A DNA stretch of 64,000 nt from Squalus acanthias. Its lineage: Eukaryota. Of the stretch, positions 25,775-36,816 are shown one piece after another. The translations under genes were made by a program, and so were the position numbers. How positions within the stretch are numbered: position 1 is the stretch's first letter; each line of letters opens with the position of its first letter. The notes beneath the pieces were generated by a model. The model worked only from the letters and a program-made list of their open reading frames with translations, did not search any database and was not told the origin of the DNA. Location of the stretch: contig CM059437.1 of the NCBI GenBank assembly GCA_030390025.1, forward strand, positions 94,364,001 to 94,428,000, read 5' to 3'.

Positions 25775-26140
25775 TCTCCTGAAGACTGTGGCTCAAGCTG
25801 AGACATGGACATCCTTCCAGTACGTTGGTATAAATGAGAGTTCTTCACGCGGAAACCTAGACAGTGAGAATCACCATCACAGCTGAGCCCAATGCTATCC
25901 TCACGTGTACTCTCCAGCAGATGCCATTAGTCAGCGATGAGCAGAGGAAATACTGGGTGATTGCTTTTCATTTTCCGAACTGGGGAACACGGAGGCCAAC
26001 TGCAGCAGCATGACCATTGCCATCTCCCCAGCCACAGCTCAGATCAGCTAACTCAGTCTGGGCAAGAAATTGCATCAGGAAACATCCTGGTCTGAATGTA
26101 TATGTAGTGTAGTGCACTTAGTCGTTGTGACATTAGGAAA
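25775..26140 (-). mobile_element. AmnSINE2-like tRNA-derived SINE, decayed
   Basis: CAGCTCAGATCAGCTAACTCAG and CCTAGACAGTGAG are reverse complements of blocks in the copies at 42700-43030 and 51185-51535, and match the recalled AmnSINE2 consensus. Confidence 0.6.
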
Positions 26141-28225
26141 GTGCTCCCTCCCAGTTCTGCATTTTGCTCACAATGCCAGAATTTGCAGAGTCTGCATTCT
26201 GGATACTGTAAGTACTGGCACGGATTTAAATACTGCTGTTTACAACAATTTTATTTTGGTTCAAACCAACAGAATCAGGCTCCTATGGAACATTGTAGTT
26301 CTTTGATATCTCGATTAAGTATCTCTTCACTAGGAATTTGGATGGTGCTTTAACACTTAGTTTGAGCATAAGCCTCTCATTCACTTTCAGTAAATACTTC
26401 CAAAAGTTTGAATCAATGTTTAGCCAGAGAGCTGTCGGGAGCTGGTGATGCAATGACGTCACTGCACAATACTAAGAAATATGAGTAAAGGTTGCAAACT
26501 GTTTCACAAGACAACTTAGCATGATCACGCCTTTCTTTTAATGCAGAGATGGAGCGTATGCAAGACCTTCCATAAAGATCAACAAAGTCTAAACTGTTTT
26601 CTGTCAGTAATGGAAACAGAACAGCAACATTAACAAGACTTTAACTGCACAAATAAACACCACGGTTGGATTTATGCTGCATGCTTTGGGTATTCAAATT
26701 GGTGAGATGGCGTCCAGGAGGAATTTCCATACCTGCCAGGATTTAATGTGCTCAGTAGTCTTCTGACTTATACTTCCAAATGTGTTCATGTGCTCCCTAA
26801 ACTATTTTGCATTGATGTAAAAGTGGCAGTATAAAGCCAGCCTCAAAAAACTGTGTGCCTCTGAATGCAGCATTGAATCCTTAAGCTGCTAAGTATTCAG
26901 ATTGATTGATTCTGCCTGATGCATTCAAGGATAAAAGATCCAGGAGGGTCGCTGTTGTCAGATTGTTAGACCAGTTTTGACCTGAGACAAGACCTCCTCC
27001 CCTCAGAAAAAAATCTCTGTTGGGATTCTATTTCTCACATTATATAAAAAGCTGACATTTTCTGCCAAAGCATCTTATAATTCCCTGGAAGAAAAAACTA
27101 TTAATGATGAGTGTGTTAATGGCTTTGTTTTGGGATCTAACTTAACAAAAGCATTAGATTTTTTTTAATTGGCACAATTAAAAGCTAGTAATTTTGTCAA
27201 AATGTCTTGTTAAATAGTTTACAAAGGTTACAAACATCATTTACCTTTAAAAAGAGTTGTAAAGATCTATTCCCTGTGTTGACTGGTTGTAATACACAGA
27301 TGACTGGCAATCAAACCCTTTGATGCTTTTACAGTCTTGCTGTAAATGACTTCCATATATTTCCAATCTCCTTACTTAGGATATTTTGGTCATGACACCT
27401 TTTCTTACATTTCACTTGTAACGTACAAGAGACAAATTGCTTCCTAAAATTTGAATCAGCTGTCATCTTCCCTCCCCAAAAGCCTCCCCCCTCCTCAAAT
27501 ACATCAATTTACCCATTAAGTGCATGTAATATATTTTTTGAGTAGCCCTCTTATAACCCCGGCTTGAAAAACTTGCGGTAGAAGCATTTTAAACCAACAT
27601 GAACACTGTGGTGGTTGTGTTTAGACTGTCAGATATCTCTTTGACGCTTCATTTTTCTCCCCACTGCTCAAACACAGTTGTCATCAGACCTAACTCATGC
27701 ATGACGACCTTTGGTTACTGCAAACACAGATCGTTTGGATGATAATAGTGAGAAAATGGATTGCTCGCCAAGTACATCATGTGAAGATCCTACATTCCAC
27801 CTTCAAATATCATCTATTTTAACCTATAATGCACCAGCACCATAGAAACTGAGGTATGCTGAATTACTTAGAATCGTTCAGTTAATATTTAGTGTTATGT
27901 GATCCACCATTGAAATTAATTTCAAATTTGTGATGCGCCAGGAATTCACTTTTGAATAATCACATCGCTTTAAATTAAAAATATAAAATTATAATTGAAT
28001 ATTGGGCATAGATCTTGAATTTGATTTTTTGTAACTCTGGAATATGCATTTATTTGATGAATCATTCTGTATTTAATTTTCAGTAAGAGTACAATGCCAA
28101 AATTACCACGCAGTTGCCTAACTGCATAAAACTTAAGTTCTGAAGCCTTTCACATCTGTTATATACAGACATTTAAGACTTAATATTTTTAAAAATCTAA
28201 TGGTTTACAATAAAGGAAAAATAGA

Positions 28226-29018
28226 GGGGGCAATTTTGCCAGCCCTGAGGAGGCAGGTTTGGAGGTGGGACTGCCGGGAAAATGGCAGAAACTGGGAGCG
28301 GGTACCAAACCCGTCCCCAATCCGCCTCCGTGCCATCTTCCCAGGAGGCGGGTACCCGACCCGCGCCGGGTCCCGTCTCCTCGAGCGGGAAGGGGATTAC
28401 AGCCACTTAACTGCCTGTTAACAGGCAATTAAGAGGATTATCCCCATTTTTCCAACAGGAGTGCGGGCTTCCCAACGTCGGGAAACCCCGCCAGGGTCAG
28501 CGAGGCGAGCAGTGGGTCTGCGGGGGTGAGAGGGGTCGAAATGTGCGCTGTGGAGGTGAGTGATGGGTGCAAGTGTGGAGAGGTAAGTATGGGAGGTGAG
28601 TGAAAAGTGTTAGAAAAAGTTTACTTACCTTTGTTTCTTCCTGCAGGCTTCAATCGTTGGGGATCCGGCATCTCCATGGCAGAGATGACAGAATGGCTGC
28701 TGCATTCTCCGATGCAACAGCCATCTGCTTTCTGCTCAGGAAATAGGTTTGGTGAGTCTTGAGTACAAGAACTCATCAAACAACAGAGAATGTCAGTGTT
28801 TGACAGCTTCTCAAAGCTGTCAAACGATGACAATTCATCTGTCAAAAATTCTGTGTCACTGGCTTTCCCTTAATTGGCCTGCTAAACCCGCAGGGCGGGC
28901 TTAACAAGGTCAATCAAGGGAAAATAGCGTGGGTTGGCCAGACGTCGATGGAAGCAGGACTGAAACCCGACAAGCAGCAGTCCCGCCTCCAACGCGCCCC
29001 CATTGATAAAATTCCCCC
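28226..29018. mobile_element. Non-autonomous DNA transposon, PIF/Harbinger-like
   Basis: Terminal inverted repeats GGGGGCAATTTT...AAAATTCCCCC are flanked by TAGA on both sides, with GC-rich subterminal arms. The right arm is homologous to the left end of the Myb/SANT-bearing element at 38915. Confidence 0.75.
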
Positions 29019-29309
29019 TAGAGAATCTAAGTAACATTTACTTTATAATTATATCCAACAGTTGCAGAAGGCAAGGTAAGCAATATTGCTCTGTGTTGTA
29101 AAGGAAAGTACTTTGATGCCAGAATCCCAATGGAGATGTTTGTGGCAATCAGAACACCAGGGAAAAATATACATCCCAGAAGCAAAATCCCAAACTGTTG
29201 TGGGCAATGGGTTTGTATCGCTTATTTATCTCTGCTATGGAACCTGGCATCGCAGTTAGCAAACTCCTTTTGCTTCCAAAACCAAGGTTTGAATCTAGCC
29301 GAGAGCGAT

Positions 29310-29470
29310 AAGAAAGAACAAACTTGCACTTATATAGTGCCTTCCACGTCCTCACCCAGAGAATTACTATTAAAATGTAGTCACTCTTGTTATGTAGGCA
29401 AACTTTGCAGCCAATTGTGCACAGCAAGGTCCCACAAACAGCAAATTAGATAATTAACTAGTTAATCTGC
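29310..29470 (-). mobile_element. DeuSINE (SacSINE1-like) 3' fragment, decayed
   Basis: AACTTGCACTTATATAGTGCC...TGTAGTCACTCTTGTTATGTAGG...GCAGCCAATTGTGCACAGCAAGGTCCCACAAACAGCAA matches 44970-45110. Confidence 0.75.
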
Positions 29471-30239
29471 TTCTGAACCTGCAAATCTACTCAAAGGTCT
29501 CAAAACCAGTTTCTATGTCACTTTCAAGTAACTGCACAATTCCGATCACGTCAGACATTGAAATGACAGTGTACGCTGTTCCTTTAGCTTGAACCTATAG
29601 AAATATAAAGCCAACAGACTGCTCACATAGCACCTGATTACTACTGCTCAATCACAACATCTTGTAAATGGAATAAGATTGAATGGACAATTGTTATGGC
29701 TGTTTTTTTTGTTCTGTGGTTTGATACACTACATATGCTATGTTGTTGTGGAAGGAAGTCTTGTAATTGCTGTCCAAGGATTGTAATGAGCTGTTCCAAT
29801 AAAGTATACTGATTTTCGTTAGGCAACACAGAACGGTGTGATTAAATACTGCTGTCAAAGCTGTACAACATCATAAGTTGGTTGTGTTATCAATAGGTAA
29901 AGATTCATCACTGGCATACAGGACCTTTGGTACTGACCAGAGGTAGAAAGACAGGAGTACTATGCAATATAGTGGGGGAAGTTTAAATACAGGAGGCTGC
30001 TGAGTGCTCAGATATAGGTTCTAATGTGGGTTTGAGCATAAACAAGTATATTAAACTAGCTAAAATATGGCACTGTGATCTAAAGTAAAATAGTTGTGAA
30101 CAAGAGAGACTTTTTAAGCGCAGTGGATCCCACTAAAATGTAGTTTTGAAATTCCTGTCTTAAATTAGGCTTTCTCTTTAAAGGAGTACCTCTAGAATAA
30201 TTCTTATCCCACATTATTTGTATAAAAATGCTGCCTCTA

Positions 30240-30480
30240 CATCTATATTAAAATTCTTACATCTGCATGCACTTCCTGTTAATTTTGCCGTTATAAATTC
30301 CTATGCCCCCCCATTTACAATGGAAACTACCGATGCAAAGTTGTTATGCTGTAATTACACCCTCCCACCAGCGGAGCACTGCAGTGCCTCAGTTTTGCGT
30401 ATCCCAGCTCCTCAACCTGTTGTACAGAGAAACCCCGATGCTCCAACCAACTCTAATTCTCTGCTTACCAAATTCTTGTT
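30240..30480. repeat. Unclassified old dispersed repeat, copy 1
   Basis: Colinear similarity to 38715-38912, for example ATGGAAACT...TTATGCTGTAATTA...TCCCACCAGC..GCACTG.AG.GCCT.AGTTTTGC...TCCAACCA. Confidence 0.7.
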
Positions 30481-30699
30481 ACGTCATTTAATCTAAATAA
30501 TAATATAAAATTAAAGTATTGCAGAAAAATGAGAAAAAGTGTGTTACACCTGCACACCCTGTTCCAATTATTGCCCACCTTCTAACCCCACTTCACCGAA
30601 AGATTACATTTGGTGTTGACTTCCTGTGTGGAATGCCATGCGAGATGAATTAGTTTCTAATTCTTTTTCTGTTTCTTCCCTCCACTTACTCCCCATCTC

Positions 30700-30990
30700 T
30701 TCTGAATGCACTTACTCAAACTGAGGCGTAGTTCCATATGTGCCAATTACCCTCACATCGCCTCATGCGTAAGGCAGTTAGGGTAAGTTCAACCATAAAG
30801 ACATAACGATTCTGTCCTTATCTGATGTCCACATGCACAATTTATAGCAGGGGTCACTGTATAATGCTGAGAAGAAACCTTAGCTCAGGATTGCTGACAT
30901 CAATTATAGTGCTGCAGATCAGCCAACTCAGCACTGAGAGCAAACCAGGAACCATCAGCCTGTCTCACACTAGGTAGTCCATTTGCTAAA
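30700..30990 (-). mobile_element. AmnSINE2-like SINE, decayed
   Basis: GTCCTTATCTGATGTCCACA...AGCAGGGGTCACTGTATA...AGATCAGCCAACTCAGCAC is shared with the other copies. Confidence 0.55.
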
Positions 30991-31046
30991 TGAGATATTA
31001 GCAAAGCCAGAAAATCTATTTTTTTAAACTTTGCACAGGAAAAACG

Positions 31047-32400
31047 GAGTGGTGCAGTGGGTTAAACACTGGCCTTTCACCTCTCGGACCTAGTTTCCAA
31101 TCTAGCTAGCAGAATGGATAGCTAGCTGGCTTCAAGGTAAAAGGTAGCTATTCACAGTGGCAGAAGGTGGGTAGTGGTGTTCCACAAGGATCAGTGCTGG
31201 GACCACAGCTGTTCACAATTTATATTAACGATTTAGACTTTGGAATCAAAAACAATTTCTAAATTTGCAGATGACACCAAATTGGGGGGGGATAGTCAAT
31301 ACTGAGGAGGACTGCAACTAATTACAGGAGGACATTAATAAACTTGCAGAATGGGCATATAATTGGCAAATGAAGTTCAAAATGTGAGGTATTACATTTT
31401 TGTAGGAAGAATAGGGAGGTCACTTATTACTTGGAGGGTGCGAGTCTAGGTGGGGTAGAGAAACAAAGGGATCTCGGGGTACAAATACACAAATCACGAA
31501 AAGTTGCAACACAGGTTAGCAAGGCCACAAAAAAAACCAAGCATTAGGGTTTATTTCTAGAGGTATAGAATTGAAAAATAGGGAAGTCATGCTAAACCTG
31601 TATTGAACCTTGGTTAGTCCACACTGCGTACAGTTCTGGTTGCCATATTATAAAAAGGATATAGAGGCACTGGAGAGGGTGCAGAGAAGATTTACAAGGA
31701 TGATACCAGAAATGCGAGGGTATATCTATCAGGAAAGGATGAACAGGCTGGGTCTCTTTTCTCTTGAAAAAAGGCTGAGGGGTGACCTAATAGAGGTCTT
31801 TAAAATTATGAAAGGTTTTGATAGAGTGGATACAGAGAGAATGTTTCCACTTGTGGGGAAGAGCATAACTAGAGGCCCTCAATATAAGATAGTCACCAAG
31901 AAATCCAATAGGGAATTCAGAAGAAACTTCTTTACCCAAAGAGTGGTGAGAATGTGGAACTCGCTACCACAGGGAGTGGTTGAAGCAAAAAGTATAGCTG
32001 CATTTAAGGGGAGGCTAGATAAGCACATGAGGGCGAAGGGAATAGAGGGTTATGCTGATAGAGTTAGATGAGGAAAGACAGGAGGAGGCTCGAGTGGAGC
32101 ATAAACACCGGCATGGACTGGTTGGGCCGAATGGCCTGTTTCTGTGCCTTATATCCTACATAATCCTATGTAATGGGACAAAAGTCTTTTCTCTCTGCTG
32201 GCTGTAACGGTTCTATGGAAATTGAGTTTGGGCAGACTCAATTCAGGCATAGGCCTACTGCATGCACCACCTCCTAATTCAGCACTAATTGGTAATATCA
32301 CAGAGATGCCACAGGATGGGTCGTGTGGGAAATGGAAAAAAAAATGTCAGACTGTGCAGTAGGGTGTGCCCTTTCAATGCTGGGAGCAAAAAACATTAAT
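31047..32400 (+). mobile_element. LF-SINE-like element, split by a CR1 insertion at about 31105-32173
   Basis: The head GGTGCAGTGGGTTAAACACTGGCCTTTCACCTCT lies before the CR1 and the body (GCTGGCTGTAACGGTTCTATG...CTAATTCAGCACTAATTGG) lies after it. Both are colinear with the uninterrupted copy at 46128-46380. Confidence 0.65.
31105..32173 (+). mobile_element. CR1 LINE, 5'-truncated, frameshifted RT pseudogene
   Basis: [17 protein letters not shown] (about 31261), HCVQFWLPYYKKDIEALERVQRRFTRMIP and RNFFTQRVVRMWNSLP, followed by a CR1 tail with ATCCTATGTA-like terminal repeats. Confidence 0.95.
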
Positions 32401-33419
32401 ATCTCAGCGCCACCCTTACCCTCTCCACCGTACCCCACCATTGGGCCACTAAAACCAATTAACAGCAAAGAGTGCTGGGAATAAAGGCTAAGTTCCCCTG
32501 CCTAGCAGCCAAATGCCAGATAGATGGTGGCCTGTTCAGCGGGACTATTTTTCCATGAATATCCGTGCACAAGGCCATTATAGAGTCATCCTTAAATATA
32601 CTGCATTTGAACCGTTGTCTTTATTCAAGTTTGTATATAATCACTGAACATGGGTGTACCAACATATTATTTTGGTGATTGAACATTGTTAATTATTGAA
32701 ACAATTAATAAACTCATTGGAGACATTAAATGATCATAACTGTGGTGTGGCATCCTGGTTGAGTGCTCGTTCGGTTTCACGCAAAGTTGCGCTAACCTGC
32801 CGATTGAGTTTCAGCTCGTTTGGATCATGTTCTTTGCAGTCGATGCATATGTCAGCTGCCTAGCTAATAAACTAAAGATCTTTTGTTTTACTGCAATATC
32901 GTCACTAGTATTCTGTAGAACAGGATCTGAATAACCAAATCAAATGTATCCACATAAAGGATAATGGAGGTCTGGCAGCATGTTGCAGAGCAGTAATTCA
33001 ATTGAATGGTTCTGATGTCATAAAGCATGAGGGCAAAAGGCAGTCCATTTATGAACGTCAGCAGGACTGTGTTTCAACTGTTGTGTTGAACTTATTACTA
33101 GATTTTGTTGTGTTTTGTGTTAGAGTAAGTAAATTAATTTTTTTAAATGGTTTCTTTTCTTCAGTATGATGAGTTGAGTAAAGTAGAGCTACTGTAACAT
33201 AAATAAAAGAGTAAAAAGAGGGTAGTGAGATAACTGACTATATGTAAGTTCATGAGACACCTCATACCTCTACCATACTGTATTACAGGGACTTTTCAAC
33301 AGCACAATACAGGAAAATGTGCTACATTTTGTGAAAGGAAAGTTGCAGTATGTTTATGACATCTTAATGCCATGTTATTTTATGTGCCACACAATATAAT
33401 GTATGGTGTACCATATATA

Positions 33420-33485
33420 TGCAAATGCCTTGGGATGTTTTACTATGTTAAAGGCGCTATATAAATGCAACTTCTTGTTGTTGTA
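33420..33485 (+). mobile_element. L2-type 3' tail fragment
   Basis: GCCTTGGGATGTTTTACTATGTTAAAGGCGCTATATAAATGCAACTTCTTGTTGTTG. Confidence 0.75.
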
Positions 33486-34059
33486 GATTTTGTACTGTTT
33501 TGCCAGAGCATAGTGGCCAGTGAGATGACAAAGCCACTCGTTGTTTAAATTTCTGTTGAATTACCTATTGCAATAAATTGGCAAAAGGCCGACAATGAAC
33601 CATTACTTTCAGATTTGAATAGAACATAAAACGGAATGATTGACATTACAACTCACCAACAGTCTCGTACGCTGCAGTTTCATTTGATTGGTGAGGATTA
33701 AGGTTTATCAAGTATTGTGCAACAAATCACTTTATGTTGTAACAATTATACTGTAAAAATCATGCTGAGCAAATAAGCCATTCTAGTTATCTTCCCTACT
33801 ATCTGTACTAATTAGCCACTAATTTCTGCATCTGTTCCATTCCAGAAAATTCAGGCATGGAACTAATGTGTCCATTTTATTTAATTATAAAACAGCTAAA
33901 TCTGCACTATAAAGCTTCAATCACATGTTTGTTAATGAGGTTCTGCATAGCAGCATAATGCTGAATTATTTCACAATATAACATCAAATTCCATTAACAT
34001 ACACTGCAAAAGATGCCAATATTTGTTATACTTGTTACTCAACAGCTCATTGCAGTTAT

Positions 34060-34730
34060 TACATATTACATAGTATTTACAGCACAGAAACAGGCCAGTC
34101 GGCCCAACTGGTCCATGCCAGTGTTTATGCTCCACACAAACTTCCTTCCACCCTTCTTCATCTAACCCCATCAATATATCCTTCTATTCCTTTCTCCCTC
34201 ATGTGTTTATCTAGCTTCCTCTTAAATGTATCTATGCTACTCGCCTCAACTACTCCTTGTGGTTGCGAGTTCCACATTCTAACCACTCTCTGGGTAAAGA
34301 AGTTTCTCCTGAATTCCCTATTGGATTTATTAGTGACTATCTTATATTTATGGCCCCTAGATCTGGTCTCACCGCAAGTGGAAACATCTTCTCTACGTTT
34401 ACCCTATCAAACCCTTTCATAATCTTAAATACCTCTATCAGGTCACCCCTCAGCCTTCTCTTTTCTAGAGAAAAGAGCCCCAACCTGTTCAATCTTTCCT
34501 GATAGTTATAACCTCTCAGTTCTGGTATCATCCTAGTAAATCTTTTTTGCACCTCTCCAGTGCCTCTATATCCTTTTTGTAGTATGGAGACCAGAAATGT
34601 TCACAGTACTCCAAGTGTGGTCTAACCAAGGTTTTATACAAGTTTGACATAACTTCTCTGCTTTTCAATTCTATCCCTCTAGAAATGAATCCCAGTGCTT
34701 TGTTTGCTTATTTTATGGTCTTATTACCTA
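34060..34730 (-). mobile_element. CR1 LINE 3' fragment
   Basis: ORF 34337..34552 (QKRFTRMIPELRGYNYQERLNRLGLFSLEKRRLRGDLIEVFKIMKG) plus a CR1 3' UTR. Confidence 0.95.
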
Positions 34731-34848
34731 TATTAATTATAGTCAATGTCCATTTACACTTTTTTCCCCTTACTATTTTGTTCCCTAATATTAATTCCAA
34801 CCACCACACTTTACGCCGCTCAATTCAAAGGTAACACATGGTCTTGAG

Positions 34849-35021
34849 CAATGTTCCTCTGAATTTTCCTTGTTGTGCGCGGCTTGTTTATTTCAATGTT
34901 TAAGTTTGCTGCGCAGCCACACACATGCGGTATCTTAGCGGGAACAACTTGTGAGCGGCCTGCGCGGTACCTTCCAGATTGCTGTGCGGCCGTGCACGCG
35001 CGCAGCTCAGAGGGAACATTC
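34849..35021. mobile_element. hAT-superfamily MITE with an 8-bp target site duplication
   Basis: TIRs CAATGTTCCTCT...AGAGGGAACATTC are flanked by GTCTTGAG and GTCTTTAG (8 bp, one mismatch). The interior is CpG-rich. Confidence 0.85.
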
Positions 35022-36219
35022 GTCTTTAGTAGTTTGGATCAACCTCTAGGAGATAAACCTAGTCTTAGTCCTGAGCTTTTTCCTTCCCTAGATAATATAG
35101 CTTGGATTAGGAATTGAACGGTCACGGCTCAGTTCCACACTCTGCAGTATTTACCAATGGAGCCATCATGGCGCTCTCATAGTGATTTTTAATTTACTGT
35201 GACACTACTGAATTATAGGATAAATGCACTGCATTCACAGATTGTTTATTGTACACGAGTTAAAAATTTGGCTCCGCTACAAAGTGGAAACCGAAGTCAG
35301 TAACAGAAGCAGAATTCAATTAGGATGATCTTAAATTGCATTGATTACATAGAGCTGCTTAATTTAGTGCAGTAAATCTTAAATTAATTTTAATTAAAAA
35401 ACTGTATAAACAGAGATTTAGACAAGTACATGTGGTGTTCGAATATTAATGTAATTTTAATGCTGCAAACTTTATTTTCTCCAACCTTTTGCCAAACCTT
35501 CTACGAATCATTACTGCTGAAATACAGACAAATAGTGCCTCACAATCCACATTGTCACTGAACTATATATGTGCAATCTCACCTTTAACAAATGGCAATA
35601 AATTGTGAAACTGTCGACATGCTCTGCTACAGGGCACAGCAGAAAAGTGCAAGAAAATCACTGGCAGCCACAGCTGACCAAGATAAATCTTCTGAGGGTC
35701 ATTGTAGCTCCTTTATCAATCAGCAAATGCATTCTAACATTTCACTGTGCTAGTTTGCATTATTCTGACAATGTCCACAATGTATACTTAAGCTTCTAGC
35801 ATTTATTTTTCAGTGACCTTAACAGTTAAAAACAACAAAAGTGATGTATATTGACATCTCTGCAGAAAAGAGTCCGTGTCCATGGTAAGACCCAATAGCA
35901 GTGCTTTGAATGTTAAACCTTACGTTTCTTCAATTATCTGAATTATGCCCTGCACAGGTTGAGCCCTGCTTTTCTTATTTAATTTAAAAAAACATTCTAT
36001 TCATTTCATTAGGCGGCCCGTAAAAGATGTTTGAACAAGTTTGAAACTTTGAAATTACTTTTACAATTGCTTATTTATTGCCACACAGGCAGGTGTTACA
36101 TAATGAAGAGGTATGTATAACATAAGGTACATGTCCTTCTGGGGCCTCTCATGGAATCATCAGTTACTTCTCAGGGCGGGGGGGCGGTGATGCAGTGGGG
36201 CAAGACCTGTGGTTCTGAA

Positions 36220-36368
36220 GCAGCCTCAGTATAGAAAACTAGGGCTGCAGTTGTAGAATAAGGCAGTCTCAGTAGAGTACTAGTGCTATAGTGGCAGACC
36301 ATGACCATCTTAGTACAGAACTAGGGCTGTCGTTGTAGACTAGGGCAATCTCTGTATAGAACTAGGGA
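36220..36368. repeat. Degenerate minisatellite, about 41-bp unit, about 3.5 copies
   Basis: Approximate unit GCAGTCTCAGTATAGAACTAGGGCTGCAGTTGTAGACTAGG, repeated with substitutions. Confidence 0.8.
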
Positions 36369-36384
36369 AGTAGAATTTGCCTAC

Positions 36385-36482
36385 AAAACAGTGACTACAT
36401 TTCTAAGACGATTTAATTGTTTGTAAATGCTTTGGGACATTCGGAGGACATGGAAGGCGCTATATAAATGGAAATGTCTTTT
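36385..36482 (+). mobile_element. DeuSINE 3' tail fragment
   Basis: AACAGTGACTACA...GCTTTGGGACATTCGGAGGACATGGAAGGCGCTATATAAATG is the reverse complement of the tail at 44970-45060. Confidence 0.7.
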
Positions 36483-36629
36483 CCCCCTAGATTGTATCTC
36501 AGGATTTGACTGACAAATGAAAAAGGCAGTAACTACACTTTAAAACTGGCAAAACAGGAAAGAATATAGTTTGACTTCAAAATTTTCACTTCAGTGCTAT
36601 GGTTCAAAAAGATGCATATTATACTCATG

Positions 36630-36783
36630 CAATGTTACCTTTAAGCTGTGCAGTTGTGCGGCGCTCTGAAGGTCCTGCGCAGCCGGAGACCTGGCTTTTA
36701 AATAGAAAAACAACGTATGCGTGGAATTTTAAATGGCTCATTAAAGGGGCTGCGTGGGCCAAAAAAAATTAGAGGGTACATTG
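36630..36783. mobile_element. hAT-like MITE, second copy, inverted relative to 34849-35021
   Basis: TIRs CAATGTTACCTTTAA...TTAGAGGGTACATTG, with the interior similar to the first copy in reverse. No target site duplication is discernible. Confidence 0.7.
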
Positions 36784-36816
36784 GACGTAAGATGTATACT
36801 AGACCCATGCAAGATG

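Noticed and set aside
36220-36368. CRISPR-like repeat array
   Set aside because: Vertebrate DNA, with contiguous degenerate tandem units, no unique spacers and no cas genes.
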